DNA from: Tequatrovirus BCH953P2
DNA length: 64,000 nt
Strand: one strand, 5' to 3'
Sequence record: OZ035785.1
Both the position numbers and the translations under genes were made by a program. Below the pieces are notes generated by a model, which worked only from the letters and a program-made list of their open reading frames with translations, was not told where the DNA came from and did no database searches. Each line of letters starts with the position of its first letter. Position 1 is the first letter of the stretch. Below are positions 14,408-24,547 of the stretch, one piece after another.

Positions 14408-14609
14408 TTTTCACCTTTTTATTGATATGTCTTTTTCTATAGACAACTTTTTCTCGAGTTTCAAATTTATTCTTAGCAGTCATAGCTCGAGCCCATAATA
14501 CAGCCACTTCTTTTGCCTGTAAGTTCAATTCACGAGCAATTTCAATGAATGACTTTCCAGACTCATGAAGAGTAAACACCACAACCTCAGTTCTCATAAT
14601 CAATCTCAT
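14394..14609 (-). CDS. Small HTH-like protein (T4 24.3 position)
   Basis: 71-aa ORF; the segment SGKSFIEIARELNLQAKEVAVLWARA resembles a helix-turn-helix. Confidence 0.65.
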   Translation of the reverse strand: MRLIMRTEVVVFTLHESGKSFIEIARELNLQAKEVAVLWARAMTAKNKFETREKVVYRKRHINKKVKNGTV

Positions 14610-14677
14610 GTTATCGAGTTGGTGCCATTATATACATCATTTTCTGATTGTGTTTTGTGTGCTTTCAAAATGAAGAA

Positions 14678-14693
14678 AGGGGCCGAAGCCCCT
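14678..14693 (-). terminator. Hairpin after hoc (minus strand)
   Basis: GGGGC-CGAA-GCCCC immediately downstream of the hoc stop. Confidence 0.55.
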
Positions 14694-14697
14694 AAGA

Positions 14698-15828
14698 TTA
14701 TGGATAGGTATAGATGATACCAGTTTCTAAAGCAGTTTTATGAATGATGTATCCATTGCGCGATTCTTGAACATCAACTTCTGGATAGTCTTTCATCATC
14801 TTCTGAAGAGTGTAACGATGCAAGTAGTACTTACTATCTGGGTCGTCAGTTTTCCAATCTTTACCTTCTTCAGTCATTTTTTGGATTTCATCCATAACCC
14901 ACCAACCGCACCAGATATAAGCTGAAGTACGATGTGGAAGAGGATGAACATAAGGTAATTCACCTTCTGGTTCCGGAGCAACTTTATCAGTCACTTGAAC
15001 TTGGCCTTCTGCTGTAATAGTTTTGCTATCATAATCAGCGGCGGTAACAGTTGCAGTAACTTCAATGGTTTGACTTCCAATAGATGATGTATCAACGGTG
15101 TATACATTAGTTGACCCTTCTACAGGAGAAGAATCTTTCTTCCATGAATATTCGATTTGTGCTTCTTCTGGAGCATCCGTAACATTAGCCGTAAATGTAG
15201 CCGAAGCATCTTGCTGGACGTTAATAGAAGGAGGAGTCAATGCAACCTGTGGATTCATTGTTTTCTTATTAACTGTCAATGACACTTCATTAGAAGTAAC
15301 TTCCTTTGCATCATAATCTGTCGCTGTTACTTGGGCTACGCATTTAATTCTTTTTACTCCACTTGTAGTTGGAGTATAGCTAAATGTAGCGGAAGTTGCT
15401 TCACTAACAGGAGAATCATCTACATACCACTGATACGTAGCAGATACACTTGGTGGCTGTGAATCTAAAGCAGCGGTAAATTCAACAGCTGTTCCGATTA
15501 CTCCAGCATCAGGGCTACCAGGAGTTACTGCCAAGGTAGTTGTTTGTGTCTTATTTTGAACTGTGATAGTTGTACTAATTTCAGCTGTTTCGGGACTACT
15601 ATCGGCAACTTGATTGGTTGCAACTACTTTAATAGTTTTTTGACCGGCAGGTCCTTTTAGTACATAACTAAAAGTTGCTGACGTTTCTTCCTGCGGAGCG
15701 TCGTCTACAGTCCAAGCATATGTAATAGGTCCATCTCCAGTTTGACCACTGGGTGTAGCAGTAAACTGCTGAGTCTGATCTATAACTCCAGTAGGTGTTT
15801 TAGGAGTTATATCAACTGTAAAAGCCAT
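14698..15828 (-). CDS. hoc: Highly immunogenic outer capsid protein Hoc (Ig-like domains)
   Basis: 376-aa ORF, T/S/V-rich beta-sandwich repeats and conserved C-terminal capsid-binding region; same length as T4 Hoc. Confidence 0.9.
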   Translation of the reverse strand: MAFTVDITPKTPTGVIDQTQQFTATPSGQTGDGPITYAWTVDDAPQEETSATFSYVLKGPAGQKTIKVVATNQVADSSPETAEISTTITVQNKTQTTTLAVTPGSPDAGVIGTAVEFTAALDSQPPSVSATYQWYVDDSPVSEATSATFSYTPTTSGVKRIKCVAQVTATDYDAKEVTSNEVSLTVNKKTMNPQVALTPPSINVQQDASATFTANVTDAPEEAQIEYSWKKDSSPVEGSTNVYTVDTSSIGSQTIEVTATVTAADYDSKTITAEGQVQVTDKVAPEPEGELPYVHPLPHRTSAYIWCGWWVMDEIQKMTEEGKDWKTDDPDSKYYLHRYTLQKMMKDYPEVDVQESRNGYIIHKTALETGIIYTYP

Positions 15829-15837
15829 AAGTTATCC

Positions 15838-16518
15838 TTATTTTAATGTTACGAAAGAAGAATTGCGTGTTTCACGAATTAAAACTGATCCGTCACGGTT
15901 AATGTAATAAATTAAGCTAAATAGAGTTTGGTGTGCTGACGCGTGTTCAAAACTAGTTGGGTGAGATTTCCAATCAGGAGTTTCAGCAATCCATTGATAA
16001 ATCCACCAAGGAACAGTGCAGAATCCTGGATTTTTTCCAATCAGCTGAAGATTTGGGCTAAAGTTTTCTGGAAGAGTAAATACAGACGGCTTTTCAGATT
16101 CAATAATCTCAGCTACAGCCTGTTCGAATTTTTCTTCAACAAAAGGAGTATCTTCAATCAAAACATCGGTATTTTCAGGAATTTTATCCGTTTCTACTAC
16201 TTCAATTTTAATGTCAGATTTAACCGGAGAATCAATCAGAAGTGCTGCCTCTGGATTGACTTCTTCATCGTCATATTTTAATCCGTCTGCAGCATCAGCA
16301 GCATCAATTAAGTCTTTAATAGATAACCCATCAGTCTCTGGCATAGGTTCACTAGCGAGCTTCTGGAGGGCTTCTTCAATATCATTAACGATATTATCAA
16401 AAGATTTATTCTTTTTGACCTTTATACCAAACTGTTCAGCATATTCAGCTAATTTAGCTTTAGCTTCTTTATTATCATCAAGAGCCTTCAGCTCTGCAAT
16501 ATAATCTTTATCTATCAT
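15838..16518 (-). CDS. inh: Inh, inhibitor of prohead protease
   Basis: 226-aa ORF adjacent to hoc; length and position match T4 inh. Confidence 0.85.
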   Translation of the reverse strand: MIDKDYIAELKALDDNKEAKAKLAEYAEQFGIKVKKNKSFDNIVNDIEEALQKLASEPMPETDGLSIKDLIDAADAADGLKYDDEEVNPEAALLIDSPVKSDIKIEVVETDKIPENTDVLIEDTPFVEEKFEQAVAEIIESEKPSVFTLPENFSPNLQLIGKNPGFCTVPWWIYQWIAETPDWKSHPTSFEHASAHQTLFSLIYYINRDGSVLIRETRNSSFVTLK

Positions 16519-16531
16519 AATATTTCCTCAG

Positions 16532-16539
16532 TATAAATA
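16532..16539 (+). promoter_or_regulatory. T4-type late promoter for uvsW
   Basis: Exact TATAAATA 29 nt upstream of the uvsW ATG. Confidence 0.65.
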
Positions 16540-16568
16540 TAGATATATTTATTACATGGTATTTAGAC

Positions 16569-18080
16569 ATGACTGACATTAAAGTACATTTTTATGATTT
16601 TAGTCACGTGAGAATTGATTGTGAAGAAAGTACATTTCATGAACTCCGTGATTTCTTTAGCTTTGAAGCTGATGGGTATCGTTTTAATCCGAAATACAAA
16701 TATGGCCACTGGGATGGACGAATCCGTCTTTTAGATTATAATCGACTTCTTCCATTTGGATTAGTCGGGCAAATTAAAAAGTTCTGTGATAACTTTGGCT
16801 ATAAAGCCTGGATTGACCCGCAAATTAACGAAAAAGAAGAATTATCAAGAAAAGATTTTGATGAATGGCTTTCTAAATTAGAAATCTATTCAGGAAATAA
16901 AAGAATTGAACCGCACTGGTATCAAAAAGATGCAGTGTTCGAAGGATTAGTTAATCGTCGTAGAATTCTTAATCTTCCAACATCTGCAGGTAAATCTTTA
17001 ATTCAAGCTTTGCTTGCGCGATATTATTTGGAAAATTATGAAGGTAAAATTCTTATCATTGTTCCAACAACTGCTCTAACAACTCAGATGGCTGATGACT
17101 TCGTTGACTATCGTTTATTCAGTCATGCAATGATAAAGAAAATTGGTGGCGGAGCATCAAAAGATGATAAATATAAAAATGATGCACCAGTCGTTGTTGG
17201 TACATGGCAAACTGTAGTAAAACAACCGAAAGAATGGTTCTCACAGTTTGGAATGATGATGAATGATGAATGCCATCTTGCTACAGGAAAAAGTATTTCA
17301 TCTATCATATCAGGTTTAAATAACTGCATGTTCAAATTCGGTTTGTCTGGTTCATTACGTGATGGTAAAGCCAATATCATGCAGTATGTTGGAATGTTTG
17401 GTGAAATATTTAAGCCAGTAACGACTTCTAAGTTAATGGAAGATGGACAAGTAACTGAGCTAAAAATTAATAGTATTTTTCTTCGCTATCCCGATGAGTT
17501 CACTACTAAATTAAAGGGAAAAACTTATCAAGAAGAAATAAAAATTATTACGGGGCTCAGTAAAAGAAATAAATGGATCGCTAAATTAGCTATTAAGCTT
17601 GCGCAAAAAGATGAAAACGCTTTTGTCATGTTTAAACATGTATCGCATGGTAAAGCTATTTTCGATTTAATTAAAAATGAATACGATAAAGTTTATTACG
17701 TATCAGGGGAAGTTGATACCGAAACCCGCAATATAATGAAAACCTTAGCTGAAAATGGTAAAGGAATAATTATAGTAGCGAGTTATGGCGTATTTTCTAC
17801 TGGTATTTCAGTTAAAAATCTGCATCACGTTGTTTTAGCGCACGGTGTTAAATCAAAAATCATTGTATTACAAACAATCGGTCGTGTATTACGTAAGCAT
17901 GGTTCTAAGACAATAGCAACAGTCTGGGACCTCATAGATGATTGTGGTGTTAAGCCAAAATCTGCTAATACGAAAAAGAAATATGTTCATTTGAACTATC
18001 TTTTAAAACACGGCATTGATCGTATTCAGCGCTACGCAGATGAAAAATTTAATTACGTAATGAAAACAGTTAATTTATAA
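16569..18080 (+). CDS. uvsW: UvsW DNA/RNA helicase
   Basis: 503-aa ORF with Walker A (LPTSAGKS) and DECH box (MNDECH); late promoter upstream. Confidence 0.95.
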   Translation: MTDIKVHFYDFSHVRIDCEESTFHELRDFFSFEADGYRFNPKYKYGHWDGRIRLLDYNRLLPFGLVGQIKKFCDNFGYKAWIDPQINEKEELSRKDFDEWLSKLEIYSGNKRIEPHWYQKDAVFEGLVNRRRILNLPTSAGKSLIQALLARYYLENYEGKILIIVPTTALTTQMADDFVDYRLFSHAMIKKIGGGASKDDKYKNDAPVVVGTWQTVVKQPKEWFSQFGMMMNDECHLATGKSISSIISGLNNCMFKFGLSGSLRDGKANIMQYVGMFGEIFKPVTTSKLMEDGQVTELKINSIFLRYPDEFTTKLKGKTYQEEIKIITGLSKRNKWIAKLAIKLAQKDENAFVMFKHVSHGKAIFDLIKNEYDKVYYVSGEVDTETRNIMKTLAENGKGIIIVASYGVFSTGISVKNLHHVVLAHGVKSKIIVLQTIGRVLRKHGSKTIATVWDLIDDCGVKPKSANTKKKYVHLNYLLKHGIDRIQRYADEKFNYVMKTVNL

Positions 18081-18092
18081 GGGCTTCGGCCC
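18081..18092 (+). terminator. UUCG-tetraloop hairpin after uvsW
   Basis: GGGC-TTCG-GCCC directly after the uvsW stop, followed by TTTGG. Confidence 0.5.
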
Positions 18093-18105
18093 TTTGGAGA
18101 AAAAG

Positions 18106-18336
18106 ATGTTACTAGAATTTAAACAATTTCTTTATGAAGCTTCTATTGATGAATTTATGGGTAAAATTGCCTCTTGTCAAACATTAGAAGGTTTAGAAGA
18201 ACTTGAAGCTTATTATAAGAAAAGAGTCAAAGAAACTGAATTAAAAGATACTGATGACATCTCTGTGAGAGATGCTTTGGCAGGAAAAAGAGCTGAATTA
18301 GAAGATTCAGACGATGAAGTAGAAGAAAGCTTTTAA
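18106..18336 (+). CDS. uvsW.1: UvsW.1 small acidic protein
   Basis: 76 aa from ATG 18106 with GGAGA SD; the ORF-track start is a TTG overlapping the uvsW terminator hairpin. Confidence 0.8.
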   Translation: MLLEFKQFLYEASIDEFMGKIASCQTLEGLEELEAYYKKRVKETELKDTDDISVRDALAGKRAELEDSDDEVEESF

Positions 18337-18345
18337 ATTAAAAAA

Positions 18346-18368
18346 GGCCCAACCAAAAAGGAAGGGCC
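18346..18368. terminator. Hairpin between convergent uvsW.1 and uvsY.-2
   Basis: GGCCC, 13-nt loop, GGGCC, flanked by A-runs on the plus strand (U-run on the minus strand). Confidence 0.5.
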
Positions 18369-18391
18369 AAAACTATAGACTAAAGGTCACA

Positions 18392-18559
18392 CTATAGCAA
18401 AAGTTGTGTTTCATTTAATTGTTCTTCCGAACTTTCTGAAACTGGTAGTTCTTTAATGTAATTATAGCAAGGCCCAGGATGTACAGGACCTTTGTCTGTT
18501 TCAACAACCAATGCAGAATCGATTGGAGTTTTACAGACAACACAAATCTTATCTGACAT
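18392..18559 (-). CDS. Small Cys-containing protein (T4 uvsY.-2 position)
   Basis: 54-aa ORF below the ORF-track size cut-off, translated by hand as MSDKICVVCKTPIDSALVVETDKGPVHPGPCYNYIKELPVSESSEEQLNETQLLL; GAGGAG SD upstream. Confidence 0.7.
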   Translation of the reverse strand: MSDKICVVCKTPIDSALVVETDKGPVHPGPCYNYIKELPVSESSEEQLNETQLLL

Positions 18560-18588
18560 GATTGTCTCCTCTGAATTATATATCCTAT

Positions 18589-18813
18589 TTATACAACTCT
18601 CATATGCATATCAATGCCCATATCTTTAGAATAAAAATATTCATCAAGATATCCGGCAAATTTTCCTTTAATATAAAGGACATCTTCACCACACGGGTGG
18701 TCGGCCAGGATACGAATATCCTGACGCTTAAGATTATACTTTTTCATTAAGAATTGAATCTCAGTTTCAAATTCTTCTTCATAATTAAAAGCATCATCAA
18801 TGCTATATCTCAT
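18589..18813 (-). CDS. Hypothetical protein (T4 uvsY.-1 position)
   Basis: 74-aa ORF, ATG start; its start overlaps the uvsY stop by one base (translational coupling). Confidence 0.75.
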   Translation of the reverse strand: MRYSIDDAFNYEEEFETEIQFLMKKYNLKRQDIRILADHPCGEDVLYIKGKFAGYLDEYFYSKDMGIDMHMRVV

Positions 18814-19226
18814 TATTTTCCAGCCTCAAATGCTCGCATGTCTTGAATATGCTTAATAGCAAATCCACGTGATTTAATAGCATCAAGAGCTCCGCTACAG
18901 AAATCTAATAAAATCCCCCAATATTGTAACGAGGTATCAACCTTTAAAACATCCTTATCAGCTGATAGAACTGTTTTCATTTCTGATTTCTCGTAACGAT
19001 CCATACTAAATTCATCACCATCTCCTCGTCCCGAGTAGTAGTCTAATTTAGCTTTAAGAGCAACTTTCTTTTGCGCGTCAATTCTAAGCATTTCCTTTTT
19101 AATACTTGAATGCTTATTAAGCCATTTACTATATAACATCACATTATTAGCTGCTTCATACTGTAATTTAGTCGAATCTATAAACACATCTTTCTTCAAT
19201 TCTTCTTGAAGATCTTCTAATCTCAT
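18813..19226 (-). CDS. uvsY: UvsY recombination mediator
   Basis: 137-aa ORF, same length and position as T4 UvsY. Confidence 0.93.
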   Translation of the reverse strand: MRLEDLQEELKKDVFIDSTKLQYEAANNVMLYSKWLNKHSSIKKEMLRIDAQKKVALKAKLDYYSGRGDGDEFSMDRYEKSEMKTVLSADKDVLKVDTSLQYWGILLDFCSGALDAIKSRGFAIKHIQDMRAFEAGK

Positions 19227-19292
19227 ATTGTTCTCTATTCAATTGTTATTGGATGGACTTAGATTCATTATACCACGTTTTAACTTGAAGCA

Positions 19293-19691
19293 TTATACCC
19301 TATTACTCGAAGCCAGTTGCAGTTTTATCTGCTCAATATCATCAGGGTTATCGATGACCGAAAAGCGTATTTCTACTATCAGAGTATAATCATCATAAAC
19401 TGGTATCACATTAACTGATAATTTATCAATACGTGGCTCATAGTTTCTTACTGCGCTTTCAATATTGCGCTCAACTGTGTCAGCAGTAAGAGGAGTCATA
19501 TTCTCAAAAAGCTGATCAGATAAATCGCATCCAAATTCTGGGTCAAATGGCCTTGACCCTTTCCTGGCTGTAATAATTCCTAAAAGGCTATTTTTAATTG
19601 ACCTTAATCCAAGAGATCTTGAAACATCTTTGTCCCAATCCATTTTCATTTCTGGGTCAATGTCAGAATAAAGCTTATTAATATTTGCCAT
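19293..19691 (-). CDS. 25: Baseplate wedge protein gp25
   Basis: 132-aa ORF; position next to 26 and divergent from 51 as in T4. Confidence 0.92.
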   Translation of the reverse strand: MANINKLYSDIDPEMKMDWDKDVSRSLGLRSIKNSLLGIITARKGSRPFDPEFGCDLSDQLFENMTPLTADTVERNIESAVRNYEPRIDKLSVNVIPVYDDYTLIVEIRFSVIDNPDDIEQIKLQLASSNRV

Positions 19692-20317
19692 TACAATAGC
19701 TCAAAGAATTCTTTGAGTCCTCTTATTACATGAGCGTGAGTTTTTCCACACTCTGGACACTTAATTGGAACAGCCAAATAAACAGTAGGCTTTAAAAGCA
19801 TATCTTTTATAGCTACAATATCTGACTCTGTGATGATAGAATATAAATCTTCCAATTCTTTTTCATTTAAGTCTTCAACTGGAATGCTTTCACCGTTAGC
19901 ATGAATCGTTTCTATACATGATACTATCATGTGGGCTATATTTTTATCATCAAAAATTTTAGGGTAATGGAACTTAATTTTAATGTCACCCAGTGTATAC
20001 CAGAGGTCTTCTGGTGCATCTATTTGTGTATGTAATAGATTTATATGGGTTGGTATTTCAGTTCCACAGGTGCACTTCCAGGAGTTTTCGTGATTAACTT
20101 CTCCAAGAGAATGTGCCCATAAATGAATCAGCAGTAGTTCTGATTCTTGGCGGTTTAAATCTTTTGCATTTGTGCATTCTTTGATTAGCTTTTTAACGAT
20201 CTCTTCTACTGAACCGTTCTTTTTAGCAGTAATAAGTTCTAGATATTCTTTAAGAGTAAATGCGCGACAGTTGATTATTTTAGAACCAACTCTCACATCA
20301 AATTTGTATTCATACAT
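19691..20317 (-). CDS. 26: Baseplate hub protein gp26
   Basis: 208-aa ORF whose stop overlaps the gene 25 start by one base. Confidence 0.9.
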   Translation of the reverse strand: MYEYKFDVRVGSKIINCRAFTLKEYLELITAKKNGSVEEIVKKLIKECTNAKDLNRQESELLLIHLWAHSLGEVNHENSWKCTCGTEIPTHINLLHTQIDAPEDLWYTLGDIKIKFHYPKIFDDKNIAHMIVSCIETIHANGESIPVEDLNEKELEDLYSIITESDIVAIKDMLLKPTVYLAVPIKCPECGKTHAHVIRGLKEFFELL

Positions 20318-20342
20318 ATTTAGCTCCTTTATTTATCATATT

Positions 20343-20350
20343 TATAAATA
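20343..20350 (+). promoter_or_regulatory. T4-type late promoter for gene 51
   Basis: Exact TATAAATA in the divergent 26/51 intergenic region. Confidence 0.7.
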
Positions 20351-20367
20351 GAATAAAAGGAGCATCT

Positions 20368-21117
20368 ATGGCAAACATTATTCGTTGTAAATTACCAGAT
20401 GGTGTTCATCGTTTTAAACCATTTACGGTAGAAGATTATCGAGATTTTTTGTTAGTTCGAAACGATATAGAACATCGGTCACCACAAGAACAAAAAGAAA
20501 TAATTGCTGATTTAATTGCTGATTATTTTGGAGACTATCCGAAGACTTGGCAACCATTTATATTTTTGCAGGTATTTGTAGGGTCAATAGGTAAAACTAA
20601 AGTACCGGTCACATTTGTGTGTCCAAAATGCAAAAAAGAAAAGACAGTTCCATTTGAAATATATCAAAAAGAATTAAAGGAACCTGTTTTTGATGTAGCT
20701 AATGTTAAAATTAAATTAAAGTTTCCTTCTGAGTTTTATGAAAATAAAGCAAAGATGATTACTGAAAATATTCATTCTGTTCAAGTAGATGAAATGTGGT
20801 ATGATTGGAAGGAAATTAGCGAATCGAGTCAAATAGAACTTGTTGATGCCATCGAGATAGAAACATTAGAAAAAATTCTCGATGCAATGAATCCTATTAA
20901 TTTAACATTGCATATGTCATGTTGTAATAAGTATGTAAAAAAATACACTGATATAGTAGATGTGTTTAAGCTATTAGTTAACCCAGATGAAATATTTACT
21001 TTTTATCAAATCAATCACACGCTCGTAAAAAGTAATTATAGCTTAAATTCAATAATGAAAATGATTCCTGCTGAGCGCGGATTCGTATTAAAACTGATTG
21101 AGAAGGATAAACAATAA
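20368..21117 (+). CDS. 51: Baseplate hub assembly catalyst gp51
   Basis: 249-aa ORF; late promoter TATAAATA 18 nt upstream. Confidence 0.9.
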   Translation: MANIIRCKLPDGVHRFKPFTVEDYRDFLLVRNDIEHRSPQEQKEIIADLIADYFGDYPKTWQPFIFLQVFVGSIGKTKVPVTFVCPKCKKEKTVPFEIYQKELKEPVFDVANVKIKLKFPSEFYENKAKMITENIHSVQVDEMWYDWKEISESSQIELVDAIEIETLEKILDAMNPINLTLHMSCCNKYVKKYTDIVDVFKLLVNPDEIFTFYQINHTLVKSNYSLNSIMKMIPAERGFVLKLIEKDKQ

Positions 21118-22292
21118 TGAGTATGTTGCAACGCCCAGGATATCCAAATCTCAGCGTTAAATTATTTGATAGCTACGACGCTTGGAGTAATAATAGATTT
21201 GTTGAATTAGCTGCTACTATTACCACATTAACTATGCGGGATTCTCTTTATGGCCGAAATGAAGGAATGCTGCAGTTTTATGATTCTAAAAACATCCATA
21301 CAAAAATGGATGGAAATGAAATAATTCAGATTTCTGTAGCTAATGCAAATGATATTAATAATGTTAAAACACGAATTTATGGATGTAAGCATTTTTCCGT
21401 GTCAGTAGATTCAAAAGGTGATAACATCATTGCTATTGAATTGGGAACTATTCATTCTATAGAAAATCTTAAATTTGGTAGACCATTTTTCCCTGATGCA
21501 GGTGAATCTATAAAAGAAATGCTTGGCGTCATTTATCAAGACCGTACATTATTAACTCCAGCGATAAATGCTATAAATGCTTATGTTCCTGATATTCCGT
21601 GGACTAGTACATTTGAAAACTATTTGTCATATGTCAGAGAAGTTGCTCTAGCTGTAGGAAGTGACAAATTTGTATTTGTATGGCAAGACATCATGGGAGT
21701 TAACATGATGGACTATGATATGATGATAAATCAAGAACCATATCCAATGATTGTCGGTGAGCCATCTTTAATAGGTCAATTCATCCAAGAATTAAAATAT
21801 CCATTAGCGTATGATTTCGTTTGGTTGACTAAGTCGAATCCTCACAAACGTGACCCAATGAAAAACGCTACTATCTATGCGCATTCATTTTTAGATTCTT
21901 CATTGCCAATGATTACTACAGGAAAGGGAGAAAACTCTATTGTAGTGTCAAGGTCAGGTGCTTATTCTGAGATGACTTATAGGAATGGATATGAAGAAGC
22001 TATTCGTCTTCAAACTATGGCACAATACGATGGTTATGCTAAATGTTCTACTGTCGGTAATTTTAACTTGACTCCTGGCGTTAAAATTATTTTTAATGAT
22101 AGTAAAAACCAATTTAAAACAGAATTTTACGTTGATGAAGTTATCCATGAATTATCTAATAATAATTCAGTAACTCATCTATATATGTTCACTAATGCAA
22201 CGAAACTGGAAACAATAGACCCAGTTAAGGTTAAAAATGAATTTAAATCTGATACTACCACTGAAGAAAGTAGTTCTTCCAATAAGCAATAA
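21117..22292 (+). CDS. 27: Baseplate hub protein gp27
   Basis: 391-aa ORF, same length as T4 gp27. Confidence 0.93.
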   Translation: MSMLQRPGYPNLSVKLFDSYDAWSNNRFVELAATITTLTMRDSLYGRNEGMLQFYDSKNIHTKMDGNEIIQISVANANDINNVKTRIYGCKHFSVSVDSKGDNIIAIELGTIHSIENLKFGRPFFPDAGESIKEMLGVIYQDRTLLTPAINAINAYVPDIPWTSTFENYLSYVREVALAVGSDKFVFVWQDIMGVNMMDYDMMINQEPYPMIVGEPSLIGQFIQELKYPLAYDFVWLTKSNPHKRDPMKNATIYAHSFLDSSLPMITTGKGENSIVVSRSGAYSEMTYRNGYEEAIRLQTMAQYDGYAKCSTVGNFNLTPGVKIIFNDSKNQFKTEFYVDEVIHELSNNNSVTHLYMFTNATKLETIDPVKVKNEFKSDTTTEESSSSNKQ

Positions 22293-22770
22293 AGAAGTTT
22301 CTATTCCTAAAATGGGTCTTAAACACTATAACATTTTAAAAGATGTTAAAGGTCCTGATGAAAATTTAAAACTTCTTATTGATTCTATTTGTCCGAATTT
22401 ATCACCGGCAGAAGTTGATTTCGTTTCTATTCATCTATTGGAATTTAATGGAAAGATTAAATCTCGTAAAGAAATAGATGGTTATACTTATGACATTAAT
22501 GATGTTTATGTATGCCAAAGATTAGAATTTCAATACCAAGGAAATACATTTTATTTTAGACCTCCTGGAAAATTTGAACAATTTTTAACGGTGAGCGATA
22601 TGTTATCCAAATGCTTGCTTAAGGTCAATGATGAAGTTAAAGAAATTAATTTTCTTGAGATGCCAGCATTCGTTTTAAAATGGGCAAATGATATTTTTAC
22701 AACTTTAGCAATTCCTGGCCCTAATGGTCCAATAACCGGAATTGGCAATATTATTGGATTATTTGAATGA
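22237..22770 (+). CDS. 28: Baseplate hub distal subunit gp28
   Basis: 177-aa ORF overlapping the 3' end of gene 27 by 56 nt; an internal ATG at 22312 is an alternative start. Confidence 0.82.
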   Translation: MNLNLILPLKKVVLPISNKEVSIPKMGLKHYNILKDVKGPDENLKLLIDSICPNLSPAEVDFVSIHLLEFNGKIKSRKEIDGYTYDINDVYVCQRLEFQYQGNTFYFRPPGKFEQFLTVSDMLSKCLLKVNDEVKEINFLEMPAFVLKWANDIFTTLAIPGPNGPITGIGNIIGLFE

Positions 22771-24539
22771 AAAAGCCACAAGAAATGCAAACGATGCGTA
22801 GAAAAGTTATTTCAGATAATAAACCAACACAGGAAGCGGCTAAATCCGCTTCTAACACTTTATCTGGACTTAACGATATATCTACGAAATTGGATGATGC
22901 TCAAGCTGCTTCTGAATTAATTGCTCAAACTGTCGAAGAAAAATCGAATGAAATAATTGGAGCAATTGACAATGTAGAAAGCGCAGTGAGTGATACTACT
23001 GCTGGTTCTGAGTTAATTGCTGAAACTGTCGAAATTGGCAATAATATTAATAAAGAAATCGGTGAATCGCTCGGAAGTAAATTAGATAAATTAACGAGTT
23101 TACTCGAGCAAAAAATCCAGACAGCCGGAATTCAACAAACAGGAACTAGTTTAGCTACGGTTGAAAGCGCTATTCCTGTTAAAGTTGTTGAGGACGATAC
23201 AGCTGAATCTGTGGGTCCTTTATTACCGGCTCCTGAAGCAGTTAATAATGATCCTGATGCTGATTTTTTCCCTACCCCTCAGCCAGTTGAACCTAAACAA
23301 GAATCGCCAGAAGAAAAACAGAAAAAAGACGCATTTAACTTAAAATTATCTCAAGCTTTAGATAAATTAACAAAGACTGTTGATTTTGGATTTAAGAAAT
23401 CCATTTCAATTACTGATAAAATATCAAGCATGCTATTTAAGTATACCGTTAGTGCTGCTATTGAAGCTGCTAAAATGACTGCAATGATATTGGCTGTTGT
23501 TGTTGGAATAGATCTGCTGATGGTTCATTTCAAATATTGGTCAGATAAATTTTCGCAGGCTTGGGATTTGTTTAGTACAGACTTTACTAAATTCTCTAGC
23601 GAAACCGGAACATGGGGTCCTTTATTACAGAGCATCTTTAGTTCTATTGATGAAATTAAAAAATTCTGGGAAGAGGGAGATTGGGGCGGTTTGACGGTAG
23701 CTATTGTAGAAGGGCTTGGAAAGGTTCTTTATAATTTAGGAGAACTTATTCAGCTTGGAATGGCTAAATTATCTGCTGCAATTCTTCGAGTCATTCCTGG
23801 CATGAAGGATACCGCTGATGAAGTAGAAGGAAGAGCATTAGAAAATTTCCAAAATTCTACTGGAGCATCTCTCAATAAAGAAGACCAGGAAAAAGTTGCA
23901 AATTATCAAGATAAACGAATGAATGGAGACCTTGGTCCGATAGCAAAAGGATTAGATAAAATTGCTAATTGGAAAACTCGTGCATCTAATTGGATTCGTG
24001 GGGTTGATAATAAAGAAGCACTAACTACCGACGAAGAACGCGCAGCAGAAGAAGAAAAATTAAAGCAACTTTCACCTGAAGAAAGAAAAAATGCTTTAAT
24101 GAAGGCTAATGAAGCCCGTGCCGCAATGATTCGCTTTGAAAAATATGCTGATTCAGCTGATATGAGTAAAGACTCAACGGTTAAATCAGTTGAAGCTGCC
24201 TATGAAGACCTTAAAAAACGGATGGATGACCCGGATTTAAATAATTCACCGGCAGTTAAAAAAGAACTTGCTGCTAGATTTTCTAAAATTGATGCTACTT
24301 ATCAAGAGCTCAAGAAAAATCAGCCTAATGCCAAACCTGAAACTTCTGCTAAATCACCAGAAGCAAAACAAGTCCAGGTAATAGAAAAGAACAAAGCACA
24401 ACAAGCTCCTGTTCAGCAAGCATCTCCTTCAATCAATAATACTAATAATGTTATTAAGAAAAATACTGTCGTTCATAATATGACACCTGTCACAAGCACA
24501 ACTGCTCCTGGTGTATTTGATGCGACTGGGGTTAATTAA
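22767..24539 (+). CDS. 29: Baseplate hub / tail length tape-measure protein gp29
   Basis: 590-aa ORF, same length as T4 gp29. Confidence 0.93.
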   Translation: MKKPQEMQTMRRKVISDNKPTQEAAKSASNTLSGLNDISTKLDDAQAASELIAQTVEEKSNEIIGAIDNVESAVSDTTAGSELIAETVEIGNNINKEIGESLGSKLDKLTSLLEQKIQTAGIQQTGTSLATVESAIPVKVVEDDTAESVGPLLPAPEAVNNDPDADFFPTPQPVEPKQESPEEKQKKDAFNLKLSQALDKLTKTVDFGFKKSISITDKISSMLFKYTVSAAIEAAKMTAMILAVVVGIDLLMVHFKYWSDKFSQAWDLFSTDFTKFSSETGTWGPLLQSIFSSIDEIKKFWEEGDWGGLTVAIVEGLGKVLYNLGELIQLGMAKLSAAILRVIPGMKDTADEVEGRALENFQNSTGASLNKEDQEKVANYQDKRMNGDLGPIAKGLDKIANWKTRASNWIRGVDNKEALTTDEERAAEEEKLKQLSPEERKNALMKANEARAAMIRFEKYADSADMSKDSTVKSVEAAYEDLKKRMDDPDLNNSPAVKKELAARFSKIDATYQELKKNQPNAKPETSAKSPEAKQVQVIEKNKAQQAPVQQASPSINNTNNVIKKNTVVHNMTPVTSTTAPGVFDATGVN

Positions 24540-24547
24540 GGAATAAT

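Noticed and set aside
15943-16504. Two plus-strand ORFs (112 and 97 aa)
   Set aside because: Antisense to inh; low-complexity sequence, no start signals
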